In this document: positions 20,647 to 31,065 of the stretch, piece after piece | Position numbering within the stretch: the first letter of the stretch is position 1 | Layout: each line of letters opens with the position of its first letter | Source: a bacterium | Lineage (GTDB): Bacteria; SAR324; NAC60-12 | Length of the DNA stretch: 64,000 nucleotides | NCBI GenBank assembly: GCA_965233585.1 | Contig: CBDDTI010000746.1 | Location: forward strand, 766,720-830,719 | Reading direction: 5' to 3' | Position numbers and translations under genes: made by a program | The notes under the pieces: model-generated | The model's input: the letters and a program-made list of their open reading frames with translations, nothing else | The model's database searches: none | Told to the model about the DNA's origin: nothing

Positions 20647-20785
20647 ATCGCAAATCTTCTCAAATATGTTACACTTCAGGCGTTGCTGTTTTCACCAATC
20701 TTGTTGAAGTCAGCTTTTTAACAAATCCCGCTTATCATTGTAAATGTAAAAGGTTTCAAGGTCATCAATTTCTTTTCTTCAAAAT

Positions 20786-21652
20786 ATGAAAGGCGTTATT
20801 TTAGCAGCTGGTTATGCCACTCGTTTTCTACCTGCATCAAAGACCATTCCCAAAGAAATGTTCCCACTGATTGACACCCCTGTCATAGACTACATGGTGC
20901 GTGAAATGGTAGATTCAGGCATTCATGATATTTTGCTTGTCTCCTCAAGACGAAAAAAATCAATGGAAGACTATTTTGACCGTGAAGTTGAGCTTTCTAG
21001 CCAGTTTACTGCCACACAAAAGTTTGACAAGCTGGAGGTGATTCAACCCATTGAAGCCAATATCTTCATGCTCAGACAGCAATACATGATGGGGACAGGC
21101 AATGCCTTAAAACTGGTCAAGCCTTTTGTTGACGACTCTCCTTTTGTAGTCGCTTATCCTGATGACATCGTCTTGAGTGAGATTCCACTGACTAAACAAC
21201 TCATTGATGCGTATCAACAAACAGGCAACACCCTTTTAGCTGTGCAAAAACTTGAGACAGGTGACATTTCTCGCTATGGAGTAATTGACCCTGAAACTGA
21301 AGGTTCTTTGATGAAAGTTAGAAAGATGGTTGAAAAACCTACCCAAGGCAAAGAACCCAGCCGTTTTGTCTCTTATGGACGCTATCTTTACACTGCTGAT
21401 ATTTTTGACAAATTAGAATCACACGTTCCAACGGCTCACTCTCACACCGAATTTACACAAACAGAAGTCATCAATCTCCTTGCTAAACAAGGTCAAGTCT
21501 CGGCATTACAATTTCAAGGAATCCGCTACGATGTTGGAGAACCTTTAGGCTACATTCAAGCAACCCTTAAAATATCCCTGACAAGAGCTGATTTCAGAAA
21601 GCCTATGCTTGACTACATGAAACAAATCCTTCAAGAAGAAGGAATTTGTTAA
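20786..21652 (+). CDS. galU: UTP-glucose-1-phosphate uridylyltransferase
   Basis: LAAGYATRFLPASKTIPKEM, VEKP, RYDVG. Confidence 0.9.
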   Translation: MKGVILAAGYATRFLPASKTIPKEMFPLIDTPVIDYMVREMVDSGIHDILLVSSRRKKSMEDYFDREVELSSQFTATQKFDKLEVIQPIEANIFMLRQQYMMGTGNALKLVKPFVDDSPFVVAYPDDIVLSEIPLTKQLIDAYQQTGNTLLAVQKLETGDISRYGVIDPETEGSLMKVRKMVEKPTQGKEPSRFVSYGRYLYTADIFDKLESHVPTAHSHTEFTQTEVINLLAKQGQVSALQFQGIRYDVGEPLGYIQATLKISLTRADFRKPMLDYMKQILQEEGIC

Positions 21653-21701
21653 GTTTCATACTTTTTGAGTCAAGAATAAGTCTTGTTGAGGCAGTCCAAC
21701 C

Positions 21702-22871
21702 ATGAAACTGGTGTTTCGTCATCTTGCCAATTCAGTCAGGGTTTGCATTCTGTTAATGGTTTTTTTTCCATTTTCGGGAATGGCTCAGAACATGGTGTCT
21801 GCAAATCATGGATTACCTTACGCCGTAGGAGGCATGGCATTTGATCAATCCAAGTTTCAAACTCCTGCAAAAACACTTTCAGTCAGGTATTGGCATTCTT
21901 CCAAAGTTATCATTACTCTTGACCGTGCTGTGCCTTATGTTTACGGGATTCTCTCAAAACTTTCAGGTCAGCAACGGATTTATCTTGACCTCTTTGATAC
22001 TACCCTGACCACACAATTACAACAACCAGTTGAATCCCAAGCCTCTCAAAATTCCCCAAAAATTTATCAGTTGAATCCAAGAATTGTCCGCTTTGAGATG
22101 ATGGTCAACGGTTTAAGTTCGGTCGTTGCAATGGACTACGATGCAGTCGGTCAAAGACAAATTATTTTAGAGGCAAGATTTTTACAAAGTTCATCAAAAA
22201 AAAAAGATTCACCAGACAAACGGGCAATCATCATTGACGCAGGACATGGAGGTGAGGCTTTGGGAGCAGTTGCCAACGGATTGGAAGAACATGCTATCGT
22301 TTTACAAGCGGCTCTTTTTTTACAAAAAGAGTTGAAGGCACTGACAAAAATCCCTGTGTTACTCACCAGACAAACGAACAAAACGATGTCCATTGATGAG
22401 CGACTTGCCTTTGCAGACAAACATCATGGCTCGCTGTTGATTTCCATTCATGCCAACGCATACCGTGACCCCAAAGTGAGAGGGACAGAAGTGTATTTTT
22501 TAAACAGCACTGAGGACCAGAGTGTGTCTAATTTAGCGTCTCGTGAAAATGAGATGAGCCTTGCAGAATTGCAAAAGTTTCAAAAAATCTTGACTGATTT
22601 AAAGCTAGGGACTCACATTGCACGTTCTGAAAAACTGGCAAAGTCTGTTCATTTTCATCTAATTAAGAGTTTGAAAAAACGTTACACCACCCGTGATATG
22701 GGAGTGAAACAAGCCCCCTTTTTAATTCTTTTTGCAAATATTCCTGCTATTTTGGTGGAGTTAGAATTTCTAACCAATCCTCAAGCGGCAAAATTACTCA
22801 CCTCTCAAACCTACCTTCAAACGACAGCTCAAGGTATTGCAAAAGGAGTAATGACGTTTCTCAACAAGTAA
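21702..22871 (+). CDS. N-acetylmuramoyl-L-alanine amidase (Amidase_3)
   Basis: IIDAGHGG, ISIHANA, GTEVYFL, ILVELEFLTN. N-terminal signal peptide and AMIN-like region. Confidence 0.9.
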   Translation: MKLVFRHLANSVRVCILLMVFFPFSGMAQNMVSANHGLPYAVGGMAFDQSKFQTPAKTLSVRYWHSSKVIITLDRAVPYVYGILSKLSGQQRIYLDLFDTTLTTQLQQPVESQASQNSPKIYQLNPRIVRFEMMVNGLSSVVAMDYDAVGQRQIILEARFLQSSSKKKDSPDKRAIIIDAGHGGEALGAVANGLEEHAIVLQAALFLQKELKALTKIPVLLTRQTNKTMSIDERLAFADKHHGSLLISIHANAYRDPKVRGTEVYFLNSTEDQSVSNLASRENEMSLAELQKFQKILTDLKLGTHIARSEKLAKSVHFHLIKSLKKRYTTRDMGVKQAPFLILFANIPAILVELEFLTNPQAAKLLTSQTYLQTTAQGIAKGVMTFLNK

Positions 22872-22879
22872 CGTATCTT

Positions 22880-24196
22880 TCAAACTTGGAATTGTAATTC
22901 TCTATCCAGATGGCTTGTGCTTTCTATGATGTCTCCATCGCAAAAGACTGTTTCACCTGCCACCAACGTCCGCTGAATCACCCCTTGAATCGTCCAATGA
23001 TGATAAGGAGACCAGTTGACTTTAGTATGTAACTTGCCATTGGTAATCGTCTGGGATTGGTTCATGTCAACCAAGGCAAAATCTGCATCATACCCAATTT
23101 CAATGCGTCCTTTGTTGGCAATGCGATAAAGTGATGCTGGTGCTTGTGCTGTCCACTTGGCAACATCAAGAAGGGAGCATAAACCCTGTGCTGCTTGATT
23201 GAGCATGAGTGGCAAAAGTGTTTCAACGCCGGGCATTCCAGAAGGCGCCTTGCCGTAGGGTTGATTCTTTTCTTCAATCGTATGGGGTGCGTGGTCTGTA
23301 GCGACGCAGTCAATGATGCCATCTTTGAGCGCCTGCCATAATGCAGTTGCATGCCGTTTGGAACGCAAGGGTGGGTTCATTTGTGCAAATGTGCCTAGTT
23401 TTTCATAGCATTCTGGGGCAATAAGCAAAAATGCTTGGGGACAAACTTCTGATGAAATACGATTGTCTTTTGGAATCCTCCTTAAAAGTCTGGTTTCTTC
23501 TTGAGTCGTGAGATGCAACAGATGCAAACGTCTTTGATACTTCAGAGAAAGCTCAACAGCTAATTCTGAAGCACTCAATGCCGCAGAGGCGTCCCTAAAC
23601 TGAGGGTGTTGCCTGACATCACTTGGTTCAATCAAGGTTTGGTTTTCGTTCAAAATAGACTCATCTTCTGCATGGGTGGCAATGAGTCTTGTCCCATTGG
23701 CAAAGATGTGTTCAATCGCTTGAGGTTCGCTGACCAACAAATTTCCTGTGGAAGACCCCATAAAAATTTTGATTCCGCAAACATTGGGGGTCTGATTCAG
23801 TTCATCAAGATTGTCTGGTGTCGCACCAATAAAAAATCCATAATTCACCAATGAATCTTTGTTGGCTCTTTCTTTTTTAGAGGCAATGCCATCAGCAGAA
23901 ACGGCAGGAGGTTGATTGTTTGGCATGTCCAAAAAGCTGGTCACACCACCCGCAGCAGCAGCTCTTGAACCTGTGTAGAGATTTTCTTTGTGTTCCCCTC
24001 CCGGTTCTCTAAAATGCACTTGTGGGTCAATGGCACCGGGCATGACAGTCAAACCTGTTGCATCAATGATTTGGTCTGCTTGTCCCAGCCTTTCCCCAAT
24101 TTTTGCAATTTTGCCGTCTTCAATCAGCAAATCAGTCTTGGCAAGGCATGAGGGTAAAACCAGAGTTCCGCCCTGAATGAGTCTTGTCTTTGTCAT
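22880..24196 (-). CDS. pyrC: dihydroorotase (type I amidohydrolase)
   Basis: PGAIDPQVHFREPG, DMPN, MNPPLR, ATDHAPH. Confidence 0.85.
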   Translation of the reverse strand: MTKTRLIQGGTLVLPSCLAKTDLLIEDGKIAKIGERLGQADQIIDATGLTVMPGAIDPQVHFREPGGEHKENLYTGSRAAAAGGVTSFLDMPNNQPPAVSADGIASKKERANKDSLVNYGFFIGATPDNLDELNQTPNVCGIKIFMGSSTGNLLVSEPQAIEHIFANGTRLIATHAEDESILNENQTLIEPSDVRQHPQFRDASAALSASELAVELSLKYQRRLHLLHLTTQEETRLLRRIPKDNRISSEVCPQAFLLIAPECYEKLGTFAQMNPPLRSKRHATALWQALKDGIIDCVATDHAPHTIEEKNQPYGKAPSGMPGVETLLPLMLNQAAQGLCSLLDVAKWTAQAPASLYRIANKGRIEIGYDADFALVDMNQSQTITNGKLHTKVNWSPYHHWTIQGVIQRTLVAGETVFCDGDIIESTSHLDRELQFQV

Positions 24197-24239
24197 CGTT
24201 TCTCTCTCAATTTTAATCTTTTTCTCAAACCTGATTGTT

Positions 24240-25217
24240 TCAATACTTTTCTTTCAATAACTGTCCTGCTTCCTTGGCAAAGTATGTCAAAATCATGTCA
24301 GCACCTGCTCTTTTAATGCCCAGCAGTGTCTCCCACATGACAGGTTCTTTTGCAAGCCAACCTTTTTGAGAGGCGGCAAGAATCATCGCATATTCTCCTG
24401 ACACTTGATATGCCGCCACTGGGACTTGTAACTCCCTCTTCACTAAGTGAATCATATCAAGAAAAGCAGGTTTGACCATAATGACATCTGCCCCCTCTTC
24501 CCAATCCAGTTTGGCTTCTGTCAACGCTTCCAAAGAGTTCGCAACGTCCATTTGGTAGGTCTTTTTGTCCCCTGATGAGGGTGCTGAATTGAGAGCGTCT
24601 CGGAAGGGGGAATAAAGGGAGGAGGCATATTTGACAGAGTAAGCAAGGATTCCAACAGATTGGTAGCCTGCTTGGTCTAGCGCATCTCGGATTGCACCGA
24701 CTCGTCCGTCCATCATATCAGAGGGGGCTACCCAATCTACACCTGCTTCTGCATGAGCCAATGCCATTTGGCAAAGCACTTTGACTGTTTCGTCATTGAC
24801 CACTTGACCATCAACCACCAAGCCATCTTGACCATGAGAAGTGTAAGGGTCAAGGGCAATGTCAGTTTGAACGCAGAGTTCTGGAAACGCCTTTTTAATC
24901 TGGCGAATTGTAGAACAAATCAGATTATCAGGAGCATAAGCATTTGTTCCTAACTCATCTTTTTGACCAGAATCACAATGACCAAATAAATTGACTGCAC
25001 CAACACCTAACTTTAACAACTCTTCACATTCCCTAAGAACTTGGTCACATGAAAGTCTGTATTGATTGGGCATGGACTCAATGGGTTCACGTTTGTTGAC
25101 TCCGTCAATAACAAACATGGGATAGATTAAATCTTGGCAGGTCAGCACCGTTTCACAAACTAGTCTGCGAATAGCTTCTGATTGACGCAAACGGCGTGGA
25201 CGACGTTGTAATTTCAT
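24240..25217 (-). CDS. hemB: porphobilinogen synthase
   Basis: RPRRLR, DPYTSHGQDG (Asp-rich type), PSDMMDGR, MVKP, AYQVSGEY. Confidence 0.97.
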   Translation of the reverse strand: MKLQRRPRRLRQSEAIRRLVCETVLTCQDLIYPMFVIDGVNKREPIESMPNQYRLSCDQVLRECEELLKLGVGAVNLFGHCDSGQKDELGTNAYAPDNLICSTIRQIKKAFPELCVQTDIALDPYTSHGQDGLVVDGQVVNDETVKVLCQMALAHAEAGVDWVAPSDMMDGRVGAIRDALDQAGYQSVGILAYSVKYASSLYSPFRDALNSAPSSGDKKTYQMDVANSLEALTEAKLDWEEGADVIMVKPAFLDMIHLVKRELQVPVAAYQVSGEYAMILAASQKGWLAKEPVMWETLLGIKRAGADMILTYFAKEAGQLLKEKY

Positions 25218-26338
25218 AACTCTCCTTTTGCTTTGTTTTTTTCAAATCTACGCATTCTCACATTGAGCAATAAACCAATTCCAAACATAGATGAAAGCAT
25301 AGATGAACCTCCATAACTAAAAAAAGGCAATGGCACACCCACCACGGGTAACAGCCCCAAAACCATGTCTATATTCACAAAAATTTGAGACGCCAAGACA
25401 AACACAACGCCAACAGTGATAATGACACTAGAACGGTTGGGAGGAGACCACAGAATGGACAAAGGCCATGTCAATAAGAGGAGGAATAAAAAGAGTACGA
25501 CCATTGAGCCAATGAATCCTTGTTCTTCAGCAAAAATGGCAAAAATAAAATCAGTATGATGTGCAGGTAAGAAATTCAATGAACCTTGTGTCCCTTCCAA
25601 AAATCCCCTCCCACTGACCATGCCACTACCCACCGCAATTTTGGATTGAGAGACGTGATACCCAGACCCCAAAGGGTCTCGTTCTGGTGCAACAAACGTG
25701 AGAATACGGTCTTTTTGATAAGGTTTCAGGACAAACTGCCAGGCAATGGGGGCAGAAGCAACAGCAATACAGACTAACCAAAACGCCACACGTTTTTGAA
25801 GACCTACCAAAATAGTGATGACAATGAAAACAATCAGTAACAAAAGGGACGTTCCGAGGTCTGGCTGTTTGAGAATCATCACAAATGGAATGCCCACAAT
25901 CACAGAAGGAATGATGAGTTTGATGAATCCCAATTTGCCAATTCTCCAACTATGGCTGAAGTAACTTGCTAAGACAAGGACTAAAGCGTATTTCGTCAGT
26001 TCAGAAGGTTGAATAAACACGCCTCCTACTCTTAACCAGCGCTTCACAGAAGACCCTTGCCCTCCTGTTCCCCAAAATAAGACCATCGCCAATAAAGCAA
26101 GACTTATCATGTATAAAAACCAGCTGTACTTGACAAATAAACGGTAATCAAACAAGGTTACAGCAAACATTACAACAAAGCCCATCGCAAACCAATAAAT
26201 TTGACGTATGGCTAAAGGGTAGAGAGTTGGGGAGTTGTATGTTGCCGCATACATGGTTGACCAACCAATGAGGCACAGAATGACAACAAGGATAAAAAAG
26301 AACCAATCAAAGTTTGTGATGAGTCGTCTGTCAAACAT
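25214..26338 (-). CDS. rodA: rod shape-determining protein RodA (SEDS family)
   Basis: IQPSELTK, QPDLGT, YHVSQSKIAVGSG, HTDFIFA, PFFSYGGSS. Confidence 0.93.
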   Translation of the reverse strand: MFDRRLITNFDWFFFILVVILCLIGWSTMYAATYNSPTLYPLAIRQIYWFAMGFVVMFAVTLFDYRLFVKYSWFLYMISLALLAMVLFWGTGGQGSSVKRWLRVGGVFIQPSELTKYALVLVLASYFSHSWRIGKLGFIKLIIPSVIVGIPFVMILKQPDLGTSLLLLIVFIVITILVGLQKRVAFWLVCIAVASAPIAWQFVLKPYQKDRILTFVAPERDPLGSGYHVSQSKIAVGSGMVSGRGFLEGTQGSLNFLPAHHTDFIFAIFAEEQGFIGSMVVLFLFLLLLTWPLSILWSPPNRSSVIITVGVVFVLASQIFVNIDMVLGLLPVVGVPLPFFSYGGSSMLSSMFGIGLLLNVRMRRFEKNKAKGEL

Positions 26339-26346
26339 TAACTCTT

Positions 26347-27300
26347 TTAGAGGAAGGCATTGAGTGCCTGACAATTTTTCTGTTGACCAGAAAAGATGTC
26401 ACGCGTGGCTTCTATCGCTTCTTGCAACGTTTTTAAGCTGTCAGAACCAACTAATTCACCAAACTGTGCTGCAGCATTGTCTGCGTCATCTAGTAGCTGG
26501 TCAATGCTTCTTCCATCTGGAGAAGTGGTAGAAGAAGAGCTTCCAGAAATACTTTGACAAACTTTTTCCAAATTACCCCCAATATCCAGTTTCCGATTCC
26601 CTACACCGGGGACATTGATTGTCGCAGAACTAGGAAGCATTGCCATACGAAGCTCTTGGTCCCACAATCTGCCATCTCCTTGCTTCAATACCTCTGAAAC
26701 CTCTTCACCATTATTTAGTTGGGTAATGATAGGGCTTTTATTATTGGCAATCAGTGTAGCCACTTCAGTTCTTAGGGCGGCTTCAGTCGTAGCTTTGATG
26801 GAAGTCGCTTTGCCTATGTCCAGCAGAAGCACCATCTCTAGCTGACTTCCAAAAACGGTAGCAAACACATAGAGAATTTTCTCATCGTTATTCAAGTCAT
26901 CTTGCCCATCAAAAAGCTCAATCACTGAATCAAATGACTGCTTGGCTCGCTGAATCCGAGAAACTCTGCTTTCTGTGTGAGGGATATGTTGATTTGACAG
27001 CTCAAGAGAATTGACAGTCACGTTTGCAAGAGAAACATCTTCTTTCCCCAAAACTCTTGTTGCATTGGTGTCTGTGTTTGGCTTCACTTCTTCACGGTTC
27101 AAGAAAGCAGGGACCCTAAAGCCAGCAAATCCCATGTGTGCTTCTGCAATTTGTTGACGGTTCTCACAAGATTCAATTGCTTTTTCATACTGCCTATCTT
27201 GCAAATCTTTTTGACACCCAGAAAGATTCTCGCTCGTGATTCTATCTGCACAAGAGCTGATGAGCATGACAAGAGAGGTTAAATAAATTTGAGTTTTCAT
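26347..27300 (-). CDS. hypothetical lipoprotein
   Basis: Signal peptide ending ISSC. No family recognised. Confidence 0.65.
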   Translation of the reverse strand: MKTQIYLTSLVMLISSCADRITSENLSGCQKDLQDRQYEKAIESCENRQQIAEAHMGFAGFRVPAFLNREEVKPNTDTNATRVLGKEDVSLANVTVNSLELSNQHIPHTESRVSRIQRAKQSFDSVIELFDGQDDLNNDEKILYVFATVFGSQLEMVLLLDIGKATSIKATTEAALRTEVATLIANNKSPIITQLNNGEEVSEVLKQGDGRLWDQELRMAMLPSSATINVPGVGNRKLDIGGNLEKVCQSISGSSSSTTSPDGRSIDQLLDDADNAAAQFGELVGSDSLKTLQEAIEATRDIFSGQQKNCQALNAFL

Positions 27301-29867
27301 GTTTGGGGTATAAGCGTTTGTTGAAGTTTGTCAATTTCTTCACGTAGCACTTGTTGCTGAAATTGGTCTCCTTGTAATTGAGACTCCTGTTTTTGCAACT
27401 TTTGGGCACGTTCAAAAATGGGTTGAGAATCTTGTATGAGAAGTTGCAACGATTTCTCTAGCATGGTCATAATTCTACGAAAAGCATTGATTTTTGCAAC
27501 GACTTTCATCTTTTGCAACTTGTCCATCAACCCAACAAAATCTAATTGAGGTCTTTCAGAGTTCAGTTGATTGTGCTGTTGGACAACATCTTTAAATTTT
27601 TCTCCAAGCACATGAGTGATGCCCTCATATAGGGGATTCCACGTTTGTGGCATCTCTATCACCTCTGTTTGATTGAGTTCTGGAGAAATAGCTTGAATGA
27701 TTTCTCTCAAAAGAAAACGCCACTTCGTATAAACCTTATTGCTGCATTCTTCACTGCTCAAAGAAGGAAACTCTTTTTGAGTTTGAGCAAGAATATGGTC
27801 ATACATCTGTTTGGAGATTTTATTGGAATACCCCTCCTGTTCTGCCAAAGAAAGTGCCAGCGCATTTTGCAAAATATTTTTGACATTTTGGTATTGGACA
27901 TCATCTAACCGAATAGACGTTTTTTCAAAATCAGCCATGCTCTTTTCCAGATGTTCTGCATGTAGAATTTTTTGAATTTTAGCCTTTGCCAGTTCTCTTT
28001 GTTCAATCATTTCTTCAAGATGCTCAATAGATTTATCAATCAAACACTGCATAGTGCGGACATAATTTTGAGCAAAGCTGTCTTGGGGTAAAACGTCAGA
28101 TATTTCCCACTCTAAGTAAAAAATAGGAATGCAAAAAAATAAAATTCTTTGTTCAGTGACGTTGTCTTCTGGAATGAACAGACTCCATTCTTGCTCACTT
28201 TCCTGACGAGACCAAGATTTTCCCCCAATCATTGTCCCCACAGTTAGCTCACAACACTGCGTGTTTCCGTTCATCAAAAACACCCCTTTTGACGCAATAA
28301 TCCAATAATTTTTTGCCAACTCTTCTCCGTGCATTCTATCGCCTCCATTGCCTTCTGTCAAAAAAATATTATATTTTAAGAAGCGAATTGGCATTTGTGG
28401 CCCCATTTGGAATTGAGCAAGAATGGCATAAAACGCCCTTTCTAGCTCTACGCGTCTGGTGCGGATGCTGGAGCATTTGGCAAATGAGCCAATATTGGGG
28501 GTAATATCACGGAGGAATTGAATTTTGCCACGATGTTTATACTCAATGAGAACCTGACGTCCAAAGGCTTCAAACATTCCAGTCAGTTGCAGCACATGCT
28601 TTTCTAAAGAGACTTTTTCTTCAGATGGCTTTGATGATTTCTGCTGAATAGACAGTTTGCTCACTTTGTCTAAAAATGCTTTGATTTTGAGGATAGACGT
28701 GTTGAATTGATTTTCACACTCTGCCGTAATCAACGCAGCACGTTGTGCGATTTGAGCTTGAATTTTCATTGGAGAAGGTAGCTCAAATGTCCTTTCAAAG
28801 ACTTTTAAGTAGTGTTGTAGTTCAAATTCATGCTCATTCTCCCCTCGTTTAAAAAACTGTCCTAATTGGGGGAGTTTGACAGGTTCAACTTGCTCACCTG
28901 TGTCTGACTCACTTGTAACAACTTTAAACTTCAACTGCTTTTCTGCATTTTTCAACAAACTGGCAATTCTGACACGATAATTCAGAGGGTTAAACAATTC
29001 TAAATCATCTAAATGAAAAGGCATGTCTTCTGGTTCTAAATGCCTTGAGATGATGCCCCCTAGTTGTGTCAACCACCCTCTCCAAAGTTTATTTTTGACC
29101 TGAAGAAACTCATTGTCCTTGCCTTGGAAAGCAGACCGCTTGACTTTGTTTTCTAAAAGCTGATGAAGAACATCGCGTAAATTTGGGATATTAAGGGGGA
29201 CTTTATTAGTCCATGTAAAATCCAAAGTGTTGGTCAACCATTTTTGTAAATCGTTGATGGTTTTGGGGGAACATTTGAGTTCTTGACGAGAATCAATTTT
29301 TTTGGCAAGAAACTGAATATTCACTGCCTTAAGTGATGAATTCGCCTCGTCCCAGATGCTTCGCTGTAAATTGATATAACTGAACAGTCTTTTTTGTACT
29401 TCGTTAAAGACACTGCAATATATTGAAAGTTCTTGATGAAAAGACTCGTCCTGAACAGAAGAATCATGGAAATCCCGAAGGAATAATCCCATTGGAATTT
29501 TGATGAAAAGGCTCTGCTTCCCTTTGACACAACGAATGGTTGCCGCACGTTTAGATGCAGTTTCAACAATCGCTTTGTCTCCCAGTAAAGTTGGAGCTTG
29601 CATTTGCATAATGACACTGTCATTGACCAAGACATCTACCTCACCACTACAAAGTAGAAAAAGGTCTTTGCCTGATTCTCCCTGTGTCAGAATCTTTTGA
29701 TGCTCTTCAAAAAAAACAAAAGAAACTTGCTCCAGCAATTTTTGTCCAAGAACATCTAAGCAGGCGGCTGTGAGGGGGTAGGCATAAAGTAATGCGGAGA
29801 CATTAGCAAGGGCATCTGGTTGTTCCTTTGCAAAAACGTAGTAGCGGTTCGTCTCCCATTTCATCAT
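27297..29867 (-). CDS. large cyclic-nucleotide-binding domain protein
   Basis: N-terminal cNMP domain ILTQGESGKDLFLLCSGEVDV...LGDKAI...RAATIRC. The remainder is mostly helical and unassigned. Confidence 0.75.
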   Translation of the reverse strand: MMKWETNRYYVFAKEQPDALANVSALLYAYPLTAACLDVLGQKLLEQVSFVFFEEHQKILTQGESGKDLFLLCSGEVDVLVNDSVIMQMQAPTLLGDKAIVETASKRAATIRCVKGKQSLFIKIPMGLFLRDFHDSSVQDESFHQELSIYCSVFNEVQKRLFSYINLQRSIWDEANSSLKAVNIQFLAKKIDSRQELKCSPKTINDLQKWLTNTLDFTWTNKVPLNIPNLRDVLHQLLENKVKRSAFQGKDNEFLQVKNKLWRGWLTQLGGIISRHLEPEDMPFHLDDLELFNPLNYRVRIASLLKNAEKQLKFKVVTSESDTGEQVEPVKLPQLGQFFKRGENEHEFELQHYLKVFERTFELPSPMKIQAQIAQRAALITAECENQFNTSILKIKAFLDKVSKLSIQQKSSKPSEEKVSLEKHVLQLTGMFEAFGRQVLIEYKHRGKIQFLRDITPNIGSFAKCSSIRTRRVELERAFYAILAQFQMGPQMPIRFLKYNIFLTEGNGGDRMHGEELAKNYWIIASKGVFLMNGNTQCCELTVGTMIGGKSWSRQESEQEWSLFIPEDNVTEQRILFFCIPIFYLEWEISDVLPQDSFAQNYVRTMQCLIDKSIEHLEEMIEQRELAKAKIQKILHAEHLEKSMADFEKTSIRLDDVQYQNVKNILQNALALSLAEQEGYSNKISKQMYDHILAQTQKEFPSLSSEECSNKVYTKWRFLLREIIQAISPELNQTEVIEMPQTWNPLYEGITHVLGEKFKDVVQQHNQLNSERPQLDFVGLMDKLQKMKVVAKINAFRRIMTMLEKSLQLLIQDSQPIFERAQKLQKQESQLQGDQFQQQVLREEIDKLQQTLIPQT

Positions 29868-29870
29868 CAA

Positions 29871-30269
29871 TTATTCCATACGGAATTTATGACTCAAGAA
29901 GTCATCGTATTCATCAGCAAGAATGGCAATACATGCGATCATCCAGTCCAATTCTTCGGGGTCTAGCCCCACAATCGGTCTGACAAAACTTAACACGACA
30001 TGCTTGTTGCGTATCCCAAAAGAAGCCCCCTTTAAATTGAAGGTTCCGTTCAGTTGCAAAATATACTTGTAAAGCGATGGAGATTCTCTATCAAGATGCA
30101 GTAAATTGGCAGCGACTATCAATTCTGCATCTTCTTCTAGCGAGCTTAAAAAGATTTGAACTTTGACCGACCCGTTAATGACCCACCACTCAGTAGAGCT
30201 GACAAAACCTTTCTCTGCTTCTCCACACTCGTTGAGGTAATCTGTAATGAGTTGACTATATTGTGACAT
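29871..30269 (-). CDS. YbjN / CesT-like (type III chaperone fold) protein
   Basis: Small acidic protein with YILQLN...GASFG...GLDPEE...ADEYDD pattern. Confidence 0.7.
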   Translation of the reverse strand: MSQYSQLITDYLNECGEAEKGFVSSTEWWVINGSVKVQIFLSSLEEDAELIVAANLLHLDRESPSLYKYILQLNGTFNLKGASFGIRNKHVVLSFVRPIVGLDPEELDWMIACIAILADEYDDFLSHKFRME

Positions 30270-30344
30270 ACGACTGATTTGAAATAAAAAATTAACAAAA
30301 AATACAACAAAACAACAAAAAATCAGGAGCCACTGGGACTCATG

Positions 30345-30920
30345 TTAAGAAGGCAATTTTGCCAAATCGTCCAACAATAACTTGATGAAGTGACTGACTA
30401 CCTGATTCATAGTGACTGCAAAATCATAAGGAGTCTCTGAAGCAGACTTCTGTTGATAGCGATATGTTTTTTGCCACATTTGAGAGTCTTCCCCAGCACG
30501 CAGGGCAGACACCCAGACTTGCAATGACGCATGAACTTGTCCATTTTCAACACGTTGCGAAAAATCTTCAATACGCAAATTTAAAAGATAATGCGGTGCT
30601 TGCTTCTTTGGACTCACTGCCACAGCTTTTTTTAAAAGGGGGGCAAGCATTTCAACAGGCGGAGCCACCCATTTGGCATAGTTATAAAGTCGTACTTCTG
30701 CACGTCTTGGCACGATGACAACATTTGCAGTCTGGTAAGGCGGAACAGCTTCCAAACGATTCCAACGAAGACTTGGCAAATTGACCTGCTCCAAACTTTC
30801 CAACTTCTGACCTTCTTCAATCCAATAATATTGGGTAGGTGGTGCTGTCTTTGACGAGCAGGCAACGCCAACCCAAACCATCAACGCTAAACTAAAGAAG
30901 TAACCTTTAGAGCCAATCAT
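30345..30920 (-). CDS. ABC-type transport auxiliary lipoprotein (PqiC-like)
   Basis: Lipobox VGVAC, PTQYY, YNYAKWVAPPVEML, IEDFSQ. Confidence 0.7.
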   Translation of the reverse strand: MIGSKGYFFSLALMVWVGVACSSKTAPPTQYYWIEEGQKLESLEQVNLPSLRWNRLEAVPPYQTANVVIVPRRAEVRLYNYAKWVAPPVEMLAPLLKKAVAVSPKKQAPHYLLNLRIEDFSQRVENGQVHASLQVWVSALRAGEDSQMWQKTYRYQQKSASETPYDFAVTMNQVVSHFIKLLLDDLAKLPS

Positions 30921-31065
30921 CTTTTTTAAATCAAGTTTCACTTGCAAATTTAGGGAAGGTACACAAAACTTTCTGGTCTGACTGATGCCTTTGTCAAAAT
31001 TTATTAAAAAGTGCGTTCAGTTGCAATCAAGGTTGACATTTTAACATTCATCAGAGAAAAAAAGA

